From: an uncultured Rhizobium sp.
Lineage (GTDB): Bacteria > Pseudomonadota > Alphaproteobacteria > SHVZ01
NCBI GenBank assembly: GCA_964655235.1
Contig: CAZZLX010000001.1
Span: 1,842 to 65,841, forward strand
Direction of reading: 5' to 3'
DNA: 64,000 bases
Shown here in pieces: positions 18,917-29,322 of the stretch; position 1 is the stretch's first letter; each line of letters opens with the position of its first letter. A program made the position numbers and the translations under genes. The notes under the pieces are model-generated. The model saw nothing but the letters and a program-made list of their open reading frames with translations. It did not search any database and was not told the origin of the DNA.

Positions 18917-21051
18917 CGCCTAGCGCCTCCCGATCCGTCATCCGTCGCCGGGCACGCTTTCTCGTCTTGATCGCCGGGATGGTGATCGGTCTCGCCGGCT
19001 GCAGCGCCCTGCGCGTCGGCTCGATCCCGCCGGTGCGTCTTCCCAATGCCCAGGCTCCGGCACCGGCCGACGCCGTCGAGCCGGCCGCGAAAGAGGCGCC
19101 CTGGACGACGAAGGTGACGCCTGGCCGCTCCGCGTCCACCGTCGAGCGGATCTCCGCGACGGCGCCGACCGTCATCGCGCCGGGCGGCCCCGCGGCCGAG
19201 ATCAGTGTCGAGAACATGCCGATCCCGGCATTCATCAATACGGTCTTTGGCGAGACGCTGAGGCTCGCCTTCGACATCGACGCACGCGTCGCGCAGCGCA
19301 ACGACCTGGTCACGCTTCGCACGGGCGGGCCGAAGTCGCCGGCGGAAGTTCTTTCGATCGTGCGCCAGATCCTCGCCGCCTACGGCATCGAGGTCGTCCA
19401 GGCCGACAAGCTGTATCGGATCGTGCCGAGCGAGGCGCTGCTGTCGCAGACGCCGCGCCTTCTCCGTTCGCGCGCGCAGGCCGAAGTCCCGGCCGACCTG
19501 CGTCCGGTCTTCCAGTACGTCGAGGTCAAGAACGTCAAGATGCCGGAGCTGAGAGGTTGGCTCAACGAAGCGTACGGCCAGAAGCTCCGTATCATCCAGC
19601 TCAACGAGTTCAACGCGATGCTGGTGATGGGCCTGCCCGAGGACGTGCGCGCCGGCCTCGAGGCCATCCGCCTGCTGGATCAGCCGAGGCTCGCGGGGCG
19701 CCGCAGCGTGCGCATCGAGCCCGTCTACTGGGCCGTCGATCGCCTGGCACTCAAGATCGCCGAGGTGATGAAGATCGAGGGCTACAACACGGCGATCGGA
19801 TCCGTGCCGGCATCGGCGATCAACATGCTGCCGATCGAGCAGACCAACGCCCTGCTGGTCTTCGCCACCGACCAGACGCTTCTCGACCACGTGATCGGCT
19901 GGGCAAGGGATCTCGATCAGCCGAGCCAGGCCGATCCGCTGAAGCGCCTCTTCTTCTATCAGGTCCGCAACACCAACGCCGAGACCGTGGCGCAGGTGGT
20001 GTCCCAAGTCATCGAAGGCATGCTCCCGGCCAGCGCCGGCGGTGCCGTCGGCGGCACCGGTGCGAGCGGGGCGGCCGCCCCCGCCCCTGCCCCGACCGCG
20101 GCGACCTCGGGCGTCGGATCGGTCGCCGCACCGCCGGCCGGCACCCAGCGCACCATCATCGCGACCAAGCGACTGGTCGTGGATCTCGCGCGGAATGCCA
20201 TCATCTTCCAGGGCACCGCAGAAGAGTATGCGCAGGTCCGTCAACTTCTCGAGACGCTCGACCAGCCTACCCGGGAAGCGCTCATCGAAGTGACCGTGGC
20301 GGAAGTCACTCTCGACAACACGACGCAGCTCGGCGTCGAGTGGGCCCTCGACCTCGCCGGCCTCGGCGGCAACCAGGTGAAGTTCGGCACCCTCGGCGGC
20401 CTCGGCATCGGCACCAAGGGCCTCAACTTCTCGATCCTCAACTCTGCCGGCGAAACCCGGGCGCTGATCAACGCCCTGGCGAGCAGCAACCGCGCGACCA
20501 TTCTCTCGAGCCCGAGGCTCGTCGCGCGGAGCGGCGGCGAGGCACGGATCCAGGTTGGCAGCGAAGTGCCCCTGCTGACCAGCCAGACAACCAGCAATCA
20601 GCAGGTCGGCGGCAACACCGGCATCCTCCAGACCATCCAGTACCGGAACACCGGCGTCCTGCTGACGGTGAAGCCGATCATCCACGGCTCGCGACGCGTC
20701 GACCTCGACGTCAGCCAGGAGGTCAGCGAAGCGACGACCAACAAGACGTCGGACCTCAACACGCCGGTGATCTCGAGCCGCAAGGTGAATACCCAGCTCT
20801 CGCTCGGCGACGGAGCGACGGTGATCATCGGCGGCCTGCTTCGCGAAACCGCGAGCACCGGCAACTCGGGCATCCCGGGATTGCGGGACCTCCCCGGCGT
20901 CGGCCAGCTCTTCCGCACCAACAACGATGCGAGCGGCCGGACCGAGCTGATCATGCTGATCACGCCCTACGTGATCACCTCCGACGACGAGGCGCGGACC
21001 ATCACGGAAACCTTCCGCCGTCAGCTCGGAGACTGGGTGACTCTCGACTGA
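18913..21051 (+). CDS. gspD: Secretin GspD, predicted lipoprotein (liposecretin)
   Basis: C-terminal secretin domain GLLRETASTGNSGIPGLRDLPGVGQLFRTNNDASGRTELIMLITPYVITSDD. The N-terminus VLIAGMVIGLAGC has a lipobox L-A-G-C. ATGA overlap with the preceding gene. Confidence 0.9.
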   Translation: MTPSASRSVIRRRARFLVLIAGMVIGLAGCSALRVGSIPPVRLPNAQAPAPADAVEPAAKEAPWTTKVTPGRSASTVERISATAPTVIAPGGPAAEISVENMPIPAFINTVFGETLRLAFDIDARVAQRNDLVTLRTGGPKSPAEVLSIVRQILAAYGIEVVQADKLYRIVPSEALLSQTPRLLRSRAQAEVPADLRPVFQYVEVKNVKMPELRGWLNEAYGQKLRIIQLNEFNAMLVMGLPEDVRAGLEAIRLLDQPRLAGRRSVRIEPVYWAVDRLALKIAEVMKIEGYNTAIGSVPASAINMLPIEQTNALLVFATDQTLLDHVIGWARDLDQPSQADPLKRLFFYQVRNTNAETVAQVVSQVIEGMLPASAGGAVGGTGASGAAAPAPAPTAATSGVGSVAAPPAGTQRTIIATKRLVVDLARNAIIFQGTAEEYAQVRQLLETLDQPTREALIEVTVAEVTLDNTTQLGVEWALDLAGLGGNQVKFGTLGGLGIGTKGLNFSILNSAGETRALINALASSNRATILSSPRLVARSGGEARIQVGSEVPLLTSQTTSNQQVGGNTGILQTIQYRNTGVLLTVKPIIHGSRRVDLDVSQEVSEATTNKTSDLNTPVISSRKVNTQLSLGDGATVIIGGLLRETASTGNSGIPGLRDLPGVGQLFRTNNDASGRTELIMLITPYVITSDDEARTITETFRRQLGDWVTLD

Positions 21052-21131
21052 GCGGGACGGCGCCAAGCTTCGACGAACGGTCGCTGCGCCGGTCCATCGC
21101 CGAGACGCCGTCGTCCCCTCCGCTGCTGAAC

Positions 21132-22361
21132 ATGCTCGGCGCGGCACACGGTGTCCGAGGCGACTCTGGTTCCGCCGCGACATGGTTCCGACGTCTGCTG
21201 GACACGGATGTCGGATCAGTCGACGGCATGGTGAACCTGGGCTTCGCCTGCCTGCACGAGCGTCGATGGGCGGAAGCCCTCAGATGGCTGCGGCGGTCGA
21301 TCGCGCTCGTCCCGAGCCATCCTCTCGTTCACTACAATCGCGGCGTCGCGGCACTGCATCTCGGTCGCTTCCCCGAGACGGTGCGGGCCTCCGCCCGGAC
21401 GCGGGTCATCGACCCGTCTCATCGCGACGCGCCGTACAACGAAGCGCTGGCCCGTCTCGCGCTCGGGGATTGGCGCAAAGGCTTCGCTCTTTACGAAAGC
21501 CGCTGGGACGCGCCGAGCTTCCCGATCCGCTGGCGGCCGCCCCCCGGCCGGCGATGGGACGGCCGACCGGCGCCAGGCAAGACCCTGTTGCTGCTTGCCG
21601 AGCAGGGACACGGAGACTCCATCCAGTTCATCAGGTACGCGGCGATGGCGGCTCCGCTCGTCGGACGAGTCGTCGTCGCGGGCCCCCCTCCGCTGCTGCG
21701 ACTCCTGGCGACGGCGCGAGGTGTCGAGCGGGCCGGCGATGCCACGAACGTGCCGACCGACATCGATCTGCACCTGCCGCTGCTGAGCCTCCCCCTGGCA
21801 TTCGGAACCGAGCCCGACACCGTGCCCGCCGATATCCCCTACTTCGATATTCAGGGCGCGCGGATCGGCGGGATCGCCGGCTCGATGCTGTCGACGGACC
21901 AACCGAAGGTCGGCCTCTGCTGGCGGGGCAATCCGGCGTTCTCCGACGACTTCAGCCGTTCGCCCGGCATTTCTGTCATGAAGTCCGTCCTGGTCGTACC
22001 GGGAGTTCAGTTCGTCAGCCTGGTGAAGGAGAAGCGAGCCGGGGAGACTGATGGACTCGGCCTCCTCGATCCCATGGACCAGATGCAGGATTTCTTCGAC
22101 ACGGCGACGCTGATCCGATCTCTCGATCTGGTCATCACCAGCGACACCGCCGTCGCGCATCTTGCAGGTGCGCTGGGACGCCCGGCATGGGTGCTTCTTT
22201 CCGCTGCCGCCGACTGGCGATGGCTGACGAAGGGGGCCGGGTCGCGATGGTATCCGACCATGACGCTGTTCCGCCAATCGGCACTCGGGCGATGGGACGA
22301 GGTCGGAGACCGTGTCGGATCGGCGCTGGCGGCCTGGCGGCACAAGTGGTCGCCCGCATGA
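21132..22361 (+). CDS. Short-TPR protein with C-terminal GT9-like domain
   Basis: True start is the ATG at 21132 (MLGAAHGV). The 934-aa ORF 19557..22361 is an artefact that runs through gspD in another frame. Motifs: LLLLAEQGHGDSIQFIRYA, KVGLCWRGNPAF, LVITSDTAVAHLAGALGRPAWVLL, RWYPTMTLFRQ. Confidence 0.82.
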   Translation: MLGAAHGVRGDSGSAATWFRRLLDTDVGSVDGMVNLGFACLHERRWAEALRWLRRSIALVPSHPLVHYNRGVAALHLGRFPETVRASARTRVIDPSHRDAPYNEALARLALGDWRKGFALYESRWDAPSFPIRWRPPPGRRWDGRPAPGKTLLLLAEQGHGDSIQFIRYAAMAAPLVGRVVVAGPPPLLRLLATARGVERAGDATNVPTDIDLHLPLLSLPLAFGTEPDTVPADIPYFDIQGARIGGIAGSMLSTDQPKVGLCWRGNPAFSDDFSRSPGISVMKSVLVVPGVQFVSLVKEKRAGETDGLGLLDPMDQMQDFFDTATLIRSLDLVITSDTAVAHLAGALGRPAWVLLSAAADWRWLTKGAGSRWYPTMTLFRQSALGRWDEVGDRVGSALAAWRHKWSPA

Positions 22362-24112
22362 CGTCCCCTTCAACCCGGGGCGACGACTGGTCCGACCTGG
22401 CGCGCCGGCGTCTCGGCCAAGGCGACGGCCGCGGTGCCATCACCTGCTTCCGAAAAGCCCTCGCCTTACAGCCCGGCGACGCGCATGCACTGAACGACTT
22501 CGGGATCGCCATGAAGCAGGCCGGGAATCCGACGGGAAGCGCACGATCCTATCTGCGGTCCCATGCCGTCGATCCGAACGACGCTGCACCGCTCAACAAT
22601 CTTGCGAACGTTTTGGCGATGAGCGGCGACCGCGCTGCTGCTTGCCGCATCCTCCGCGACACTCTTCGCCGCTTTCCATGGTTTGCCGAAGGACACCAGA
22701 ACCTCGGCGATCACCTCCGGCATCTCAAGCAGCTGGACGAAGCCGCGACGGCGATCAGAACGGCGCTCGTGCTCAAGCCGGACCTCGTGGCGTCACACGT
22801 CACGGCCGGAGCGACGGCTCTCACGCTCGGCGACATTCCGCCGGCCATCTCTGCCTTTCGCCGGGTTCTGGCCCTGGCTCCCTCGGCCGCTGCCCATTCC
22901 GATCTTCTTCTCACGCTCACCTATGACGGCACGATCAGCGGCGACGCGCTGTTCAACGAGCACGTGCGTTGGGCAAGACGATACGCTCCGGAAGAGGCGA
23001 GCTCACCGCCTCCCCGGATCGTTGGGGACTTTTCGCAAAGGAAGCTGAGGGTCGGGTACCTGTCGGCCGATCTGCGCGACCATCCGGTGGCCAGAAACCT
23101 GATCGGGCTCATCGAGGGGCACGACCGCGACCGGTTTTCCGTCACAATCTACCCGGAGTTGACGGCGCAGGACGCGGTTACGGAGCGCTTTCGATCCTTG
23201 GCCGACCGCTGGCACCCCACCCAGGGACTCTCCGATGCGGCGCTGGCCGGCATGGTTCTCCGGGACCAGATCGACGTTCTGGTCTTCGTCGCTCCCCATA
23301 CAGGTGCAAATCGCGTGACCGTTGCAGCATACGGAGCGGCGCCGGTCCAGGCCGCGCTCTTCGGCGTCACGACCACAGGCATTCCGAGAATTGACGCCTG
23401 GCTTACCGACGACGTCCTGCATCCCGGTGATACCCGGGAGCGGTTCGTCGAAGAGCTTGTCCGCATCCCCAATCTCTATATCTACGAGCCACCGCCCGCG
23501 GCGCTTCCGCCGCCTCGCGCCGGCGACACCGTCGTCTTCGCGTCGTTCAACAATCCGGCGAAGCACGCGCCCGAGGTTTATCGCCTGTGGGCGGGGATAC
23601 TTCGTGCAACGAAGAACACCGCGCTAAGGCTCAAGTATCGCGGCGTCTACCAGACCCCGAGCCTTCGGCGCCGGATCGGCGATATCTTCGCCTCACACGG
23701 CGTCGATCCTGGCCGACTTCAGTTCGTCGCAGAGATGGAGTCGAGGAACGATCATCTCGCGAACCTGGCGGAAGTCGACATCGCGCTCGATCCGTTCCCC
23801 TTCAATGGCTGCAACACCACGCTCGAAGCGCTCTGGATGGGCATCCCGGTCGTCACACGAGCCGGCGATCGTTTCCTCTCGCGCATGGGTGCCAGCTTCC
23901 TTAGCCGTATCGGCTTGCCGGAACTGATCGCCGCCGATGACGAAGGGTACGTAGCCGCGGCCGTCGCCCTTGCCGCGGACACGGCGAGGCGAACGGAATT
24001 GCGCCTCGGGTTGCGCGAACGGATGTCGAAGTCTTTGCTGTGCGATCCGATGGCCTATGCTCGCTCGATCGAGGCAGCCTATGTCGCGCTCTGCCACGAC
24101 AAGAGCCGCTAA
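22358..24112 (+). CDS. TPR-repeat protein with C-terminal GT41-like domain
   Basis: ATG at 22358 overlaps the upstream stop (ATGA). Motifs: LRVGYLSADLRDHPV, VVFASFNNPAKH, VDIALDPFPFNGCNTTLEALWMGIPVVTRAGDRFLSRMGASFLSRIGLPELIA. Confidence 0.85.
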   Translation: MTSPSTRGDDWSDLARRRLGQGDGRGAITCFRKALALQPGDAHALNDFGIAMKQAGNPTGSARSYLRSHAVDPNDAAPLNNLANVLAMSGDRAAACRILRDTLRRFPWFAEGHQNLGDHLRHLKQLDEAATAIRTALVLKPDLVASHVTAGATALTLGDIPPAISAFRRVLALAPSAAAHSDLLLTLTYDGTISGDALFNEHVRWARRYAPEEASSPPPRIVGDFSQRKLRVGYLSADLRDHPVARNLIGLIEGHDRDRFSVTIYPELTAQDAVTERFRSLADRWHPTQGLSDAALAGMVLRDQIDVLVFVAPHTGANRVTVAAYGAAPVQAALFGVTTTGIPRIDAWLTDDVLHPGDTRERFVEELVRIPNLYIYEPPPAALPPPRAGDTVVFASFNNPAKHAPEVYRLWAGILRATKNTALRLKYRGVYQTPSLRRRIGDIFASHGVDPGRLQFVAEMESRNDHLANLAEVDIALDPFPFNGCNTTLEALWMGIPVVTRAGDRFLSRMGASFLSRIGLPELIAADDEGYVAAAVALAADTARRTELRLGLRERMSKSLLCDPMAYARSIEAAYVALCHDKSR

Positions 24113-24120
24113 GGAGCGGC

Positions 24121-25881
24121 CTAAAGCCGGCCGTCGACCATCGCCTCGAACGCGTCCTCGAGCTCGCGCGTATATCCCGCGACATCGCAGAGCTGCGATC
24201 TGAGCAGCATGGCCGGCAGGTCGCGTCGCATTCGTTCCAGCGCGTCGAGATCGCTCGCCAGCGCAACCGCCGTCTCGACGAACCGATCGGCCGAGGCGGC
24301 AACCAGGTGTCCGAGACCGGCTCGTGAAAGCAGGGAGTCTCCGAGCCTGCCCATGATCATCGGGGATCGCAGATTGACCACCGGCACGCCCATCGCCAAG
24401 GTCTCGACCGTGGTCCGGCCGCCGGAGAACGGGACCGGGTCGAGCGCGATGTCGGCTCGTGCGAGCGCGCTCAGATGGGCATGATTGTCCGGCACCGATC
24501 CCATGATGTCGATCCGGCGGGGCTCGATGCCCGCTCGCGTTGCCAAATCGAGATAGCGGGTCGTGACCTTTGCATCCTCGAGAGCCCGCGCCTTCAGAAG
24601 CAGCCGCGATGTCGGGAGCGCCGCCAGCACCCTCGACCAGAGCGCCAGGGTGCCCGGGGTTATCTTGGAAAGATTGTTGAACGATCCGAACGTGACGTAG
24701 CCTTTGGCGCGCGCCGGAAGGGGAGTGCCTCCGGGCGCGCCGGCGGGAGGCCGCATCGGGACATAGCCATGCGCGAGCCGGACGAGCTTCTCCACGTTCC
24801 ATCTTTCAGTGGCCCCAGGCGGATCGAGCCACCGGTCGGTGACACGGAAGTCGAAGGCCTTCATCCCCGTCGTCGACACATGATTCATGAGCGCGACCTG
24901 GACCGGCGCGATGCGGGGAGCGAAGACCAGGCGCTGCACCGTCAGGTATCCGGTCAGGCAGACCGCGATATCGAGGTCGAGCCCTCTCAGACGCTCCACC
25001 TTTGCCGCCAGATCCAGGCCGGCGACATCCACCCATCGGTCCGCGCATGTCTGGAGCTCGTCCGTGCGTCGATCCTGACGGCCGCCGTCGCCGATGAGCA
25101 CGATCTCGAACCGGCGCCGGTCGTGGCTCTCCAGAACCGGCGGGAAATAGTCGTCCAGAGCGGAGCGGGCGAAGAACTCGAAGGAGTGATAGCCGATCCG
25201 AAGCCGCCCACGCCTGATCGGCCGGGGCATCGGCACAGGAGGAAAGGCCGCCTCCAGAATGCGCCCCGAGGTCCGGGCGGCCTGGTACAGCGCCTCGTCG
25301 TCCGTGGTCTCGGCGAAGCAGAGAGTGAACTGACGGTTGCCATGCGCGATGATGCTGTTCGGCGAGAGCGCCATTGCTCGTGCATAAGCGCCCAGCGCCT
25401 CAGGGATCCGCCCCGCCGCCTGCAGCGCGTTGCCGATCGTGGTCCAGGTCTCGTCCCGTCCAGGCTCGAGAGCCGCTGCCTGGCGTCCCGCGCCCAGCGC
25501 CTGCACCGACCGGAGGTCGGCGCGGAGAATGTCCGCTCGGGTCGAGAGCGCCCGGGCCTTGCCGGGATCGAGGTCGAGCGCTGCTGCGCTCGAGGCCAAG
25601 GCCTCTTCATGGCGACCCTGGGCAAGCAGCGCCGAGGCCAGATTGACCCTGACATCGACCAGATCGGCCCCTGTCGTCAGGAGGCCCCCACGCCGAAGCC
25701 AGCGCTCGGCCTCGCCATGCCGGCCGAGCTGGAATAATGCCAGGCTCAGGAGATGAATAACCCGCCCGTCTGCGGGGCTCCTGCACGCCATCCGGCGGCA
25801 GCCGACCTCCACCGCCAAGAATGCTCCGCGCTGGTAAGCTACGAAAAAGTCTTGGAAATTCGAATCCGAGCCCGCGGTCAT
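24121..25881 (-). CDS. TPR-repeat protein with C-terminal GT41-like domain
   Basis: 586 aa, convergent with the previous gene. Motifs: LRIGYHSFEFF, YVTFGSFNNLSKIT, ADIALDPVPFSGGRTTVETLAMGVPVVNL. Confidence 0.85.
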   Translation of the reverse strand: MTAGSDSNFQDFFVAYQRGAFLAVEVGCRRMACRSPADGRVIHLLSLALFQLGRHGEAERWLRRGGLLTTGADLVDVRVNLASALLAQGRHEEALASSAAALDLDPGKARALSTRADILRADLRSVQALGAGRQAAALEPGRDETWTTIGNALQAAGRIPEALGAYARAMALSPNSIIAHGNRQFTLCFAETTDDEALYQAARTSGRILEAAFPPVPMPRPIRRGRLRIGYHSFEFFARSALDDYFPPVLESHDRRRFEIVLIGDGGRQDRRTDELQTCADRWVDVAGLDLAAKVERLRGLDLDIAVCLTGYLTVQRLVFAPRIAPVQVALMNHVSTTGMKAFDFRVTDRWLDPPGATERWNVEKLVRLAHGYVPMRPPAGAPGGTPLPARAKGYVTFGSFNNLSKITPGTLALWSRVLAALPTSRLLLKARALEDAKVTTRYLDLATRAGIEPRRIDIMGSVPDNHAHLSALARADIALDPVPFSGGRTTVETLAMGVPVVNLRSPMIMGRLGDSLLSRAGLGHLVAASADRFVETAVALASDLDALERMRRDLPAMLLRSQLCDVAGYTRELEDAFEAMVDGRL

Positions 25882-26014
25882 GTAGCAACATTAACGGCTC
25901 GCGACGCCCCTAGGGCGTTTGGAGCCCAATGACCCCGACTACATTCCTTAGGCATATTCGACTCCCCGCGGTTTCGCCTTGCTAAGCCGGAGGAGGAAAG
26001 GCCACTAGGCATCA

Positions 26015-27610
26015 ATGTCCCCGCCGAGGCCGCCGCTCACGGTCATCCCGCTCGCTCCGGGCCAGTCCAAGCCATCCTTGGCCATGCTCAAGCGCGCGGC
26101 CGCGCAATTTCCCGCCGGGCTTGCGACGCTTCATGACCTCGCTGCGCTGGCGCTGATCACCGAACAGATCGTCGCGTCGATTCTATGGGTGGTGCGGGCG
26201 CGGGCGGTGCATCCCGCGGATCCAGGCCTCCGGCGGCTTCACGCGCTCGGTCTCCTGCGCCTGGCCGATGTCAGGCATCATGGCCGATGGCAGGGGCCGC
26301 GGCCCTGGCGTCGTGCGGACGGCAAGGGCGATGCTGAACTCCTCGCGGCGCTGGACCTGCTTGTCGCCCTTGCCGAGGAAAGACCCGACGATCCCGGACT
26401 CCATTTGAGCCTGGGCGGCGCATATCAAGCGCTCGGCCATCTGCGGGATGCCGCGAAAGCCTATCGCCGGGCCGTTGCGCTTGCTCCGGCCTATCTCGAA
26501 GCGCTGAACAATCTCGGCACCATTCATGCCGACGCGCTGGACCGTGCTTCGAGCGAAGCCTGGCTGCTCCGAAGCCTGGCGACGTCGCCGGACTATGCCG
26601 AGGGCTGGAATAATCTCGCTTCGACCCGTCTCCATGACGGACGAGCGGGCGCCGCCGCAAAGGCGGCGCGGCAAGCGCTCGAGCTCCACCCGGGCTGGGC
26701 GGAGCCGCGTTGGAATCTGGCGCTCGCACAGCTTGCGATCGGCGACCTCGCTCAAGGCTTCGCCGGCTACGAGTCCCGCTTCGGGCTTGCCGAGGCCGGC
26801 ATCGCACCGACGATCCTGCGTCGCTGGGCGGGTCCGGCGCTGCCGCCCGGGCCGACCGTCGCGGTCAGGGCGGAGCAGGGCTACGGCGACATGCTTCAAT
26901 TCGTCCGCTATGTCCCGCTCCTCAGGGACCGCGGCCTCGCGCCCATTCTCGAATGCCATGCCGCGCTCGTTCCGCTGATGTCCTCAGTCCGCGGCCTCGA
27001 ACGCGTCCTGCCGATCGGCGACCCGTTTCCCGAAGGCGCCGCGCAGGTCGCGCTCCTGAGCCTTCCTTATTTGATGGGGACGCGGCTGGAGACGATTCCG
27101 GCGGAGGTTCCCTATCTGGCGGCACCGGTCGAGCGACGGACGCGGTGGAAGGAACGCCTGGCCTCGCTCCCCCGCCCGCTCGTCGGCCTCAACTGGCAGG
27201 GCAACCCCGCCTTCCGGCGCGACCGCGAGCGCTCTCCCGGCTTCGCTCCCATCCGGCCCCTCCTCGATCTCCAGCCCTTCGTCGGCCTCGTCCGCGATCC
27301 GGGACCGCACGACAACCACCCGAACCTCACCCATCTCGGACCGGACTTCGCCGACTTCGCCGATACCGCCGCCTGCCTCGAGCAGCTCGACCTCGTCATC
27401 ACCTCGGATACCGCCCTCGCCCATCTCTCAGGCGCCCTCGCCAAACCCACCTGGCTCCTTCTCCACCACGCACCCGACTGGCGCTGGCTCGAACACCGAG
27501 CCGACAGCCCCTGGTATCCCACCTTCCGCCTCTTCCGCCAAACCAAGCCCGGCGACTGGACCACCGTCTTCCAACAAGTCGCAGCCCAATTCCGAGGCTT
27601 TGCCACGTGA
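26015..27610 (+). CDS. TPR-repeat protein with C-terminal GT9-like domain
   Basis: 531 aa. Motifs: VRAEQGYGDMLQFVRYVPLL, LVGLNWQGNPAFRRDRERSPGF, LVITSDTALAHLSGALAKPTWLLL, SPWYPTFRLFRQ. Confidence 0.85.
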   Translation: MSPPRPPLTVIPLAPGQSKPSLAMLKRAAAQFPAGLATLHDLAALALITEQIVASILWVVRARAVHPADPGLRRLHALGLLRLADVRHHGRWQGPRPWRRADGKGDAELLAALDLLVALAEERPDDPGLHLSLGGAYQALGHLRDAAKAYRRAVALAPAYLEALNNLGTIHADALDRASSEAWLLRSLATSPDYAEGWNNLASTRLHDGRAGAAAKAARQALELHPGWAEPRWNLALAQLAIGDLAQGFAGYESRFGLAEAGIAPTILRRWAGPALPPGPTVAVRAEQGYGDMLQFVRYVPLLRDRGLAPILECHAALVPLMSSVRGLERVLPIGDPFPEGAAQVALLSLPYLMGTRLETIPAEVPYLAAPVERRTRWKERLASLPRPLVGLNWQGNPAFRRDRERSPGFAPIRPLLDLQPFVGLVRDPGPHDNHPNLTHLGPDFADFADTAACLEQLDLVITSDTALAHLSGALAKPTWLLLHHAPDWRWLEHRADSPWYPTFRLFRQTKPGDWTTVFQQVAAQFRGFAT

Positions 27611-29319
27611 CCGGCCCAGCTCTCCAAGCCCTCAATGCCGGAGATACCAAATCCGCAGCCAGACTCCTAAGACAGCACATCTCTCATGAGCCTGTTGATC
27701 CGAACGCCTGGCTCCCGCTTGCCGCGTGCCATCTTTCGGACCTCCCCGATCGCGCCCTGCTCCTGGTCGAGCGCACGCTCGCGATCGCACCCGCCTCTGC
27801 TTCCGCGCGACAGAACGCGATCGCGTTGCTTCGCCCGACGCGCAACCTCAAGCGGCTCCTTCATCACCTGGACCGTTCGATCGCCGTCCAGGATACGAGC
27901 GATCTTCGCCTCCTCCGCGCGGAGATGCTCGCCGCCGACGGACGCCCTCAGGAGGCGCAGCGCGACTACCGAACCGTGCTCGAACGCGAGCCCGGCCATT
28001 TCGCGGCCAACGTCAATCTTGCCGGCATCCTCAACAACGACGGCAGGTCGAGAGAGGCGGAGATCCTCGTACGTCGCGCGCTTGCGCTTGCGCCCGACGC
28101 CGCGCCCGGCTGGCACAACCTCACCTACGCGTGGCTGCAGCGCGGCAAGACCGCGGCTACCTTGCTCGCGGCGCGCGTGGCGGCGACTCTCGATCCCCTC
28201 TCACCCGTCTCGCAGGTGAACCTCGCCGCGACGACGGAGACCGCCGGCCTGCCCGGCGTGGATTTGGCTCTTCGTCGCGCCGTCGCGCTGACGCCCGACT
28301 TCCCGGCCGCCATGCTGAGCCTCGCACGTTACGCCAGCCGCATGTCGGACTGGCTCAGGCTCGAAGAATGGGCGCGGCGAACGCTTTCGGTCGCGCCCGG
28401 CAGCGCCGATGCCGCCCTCACCTTGGCCCAGGGCTTCCTCGTGCGCGGCGATGCGAGGCACGGATGGCCTTACTGGGAAGCGCGCCTGTCGAGGCCGGGC
28501 TTGATCCGCACCGAACTTTCCGGTCGGCGCTGGAACGGCGAGGTCATCCCCGGAAGCCGGCTGCTTCTCCATTGCGAGCAGGGCTTCGGCGAGACGATCC
28601 AGTTCGTGCGTCTCGTTCCGATCGCGGCACGAAGAACCGGCAGCGTGCTGCTCGAAACCGTGCGCGAGCTGGCGCCGCTTCTGTCACGCTCATTTCCCGA
28701 GATCGAGGTCTTCGTGCGCGGAACGCGCTCGCCTCCACACGACTACCAATGCTCCCTTCCTAGCCTGCCGGCCGCGCTCGACGCGTCGCTCACCGAGGCC
28801 CCCGGGCCGGTCCCTTACCTCACGCCAGATCCCTCGGCCGTGGCTGCATGGCGGCAAAAGCTCAAAGACCTTCCGCGCCCATGGATCGGCTTCTGCTGGC
28901 GCGGCAATCCGCAGTTCGTGGATGACCGCCGGCGGTCGCCCGGGCTCGCGGCGTTGAGGGAGACCGCGAACAGTGCCGCGTCTCTGATCTCGCTGACCAA
29001 GATTCCGACGGACGAGGATCGCGCCTCGATGGGCGCCATCAAGGACCTCTCGACGGAGCTCGCGACCTTCGACGATACCGCCGCCCTGATCGCCGCTCTC
29101 GATCTGGTCATCACGTCGGATACGGCAATTGCCCATCTCTCCGGGGGTCTCGGCCAGAAGACCTGGGTGATGCTCGCTCATGCCGCGGATTGGCGCTGGC
29201 TGATGGAACGCGACGACGCGCCCTGGTATCCGACGGCGACGCTGTTCCGCCAAGCCCGTCCGGGCGATTGGTCCACCGTCGATCATGCCCTCGCGGAGCG
29301 GCTCCGCGATCTGGCGTGA
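27607..29319 (+). CDS. TPR-repeat protein with C-terminal GT9-like domain
   Basis: GTG at 27607 overlaps the upstream stop (GTGA). The 869-aa ORF-track extension is an artefact. Motifs: LLLHCEQGFGETIQFVRLVP, WIGFCWRGNPQF, LVITSDTAIAHLSGGLGQKTWVML, APWYPTATLFRQ. Confidence 0.85.
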   Translation: MTGPALQALNAGDTKSAARLLRQHISHEPVDPNAWLPLAACHLSDLPDRALLLVERTLAIAPASASARQNAIALLRPTRNLKRLLHHLDRSIAVQDTSDLRLLRAEMLAADGRPQEAQRDYRTVLEREPGHFAANVNLAGILNNDGRSREAEILVRRALALAPDAAPGWHNLTYAWLQRGKTAATLLAARVAATLDPLSPVSQVNLAATTETAGLPGVDLALRRAVALTPDFPAAMLSLARYASRMSDWLRLEEWARRTLSVAPGSADAALTLAQGFLVRGDARHGWPYWEARLSRPGLIRTELSGRRWNGEVIPGSRLLLHCEQGFGETIQFVRLVPIAARRTGSVLLETVRELAPLLSRSFPEIEVFVRGTRSPPHDYQCSLPSLPAALDASLTEAPGPVPYLTPDPSAVAAWRQKLKDLPRPWIGFCWRGNPQFVDDRRRSPGLAALRETANSAASLISLTKIPTDEDRASMGAIKDLSTELATFDDTAALIAALDLVITSDTAIAHLSGGLGQKTWVMLAHAADWRWLMERDDAPWYPTATLFRQARPGDWSTVDHALAERLRDLA

Positions 29320-29322
29320 TCA

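Noticed and set aside
19557-22361. 934-aa ORF
   Set aside because: The first ~1.5 kb runs through gspD in a different frame and translates to Arg/Pro/Gly-rich nonsense. Only the segment from the ATG at 21132 is a real TPR-GT9 gene.
26710-29319. 869-aa plus-strand ORF
   Set aside because: The 5' 900 bp overlap the genuine gene 26015..27610 in another frame. The real gene starts at GTG 27607, overlapping the upstream stop.
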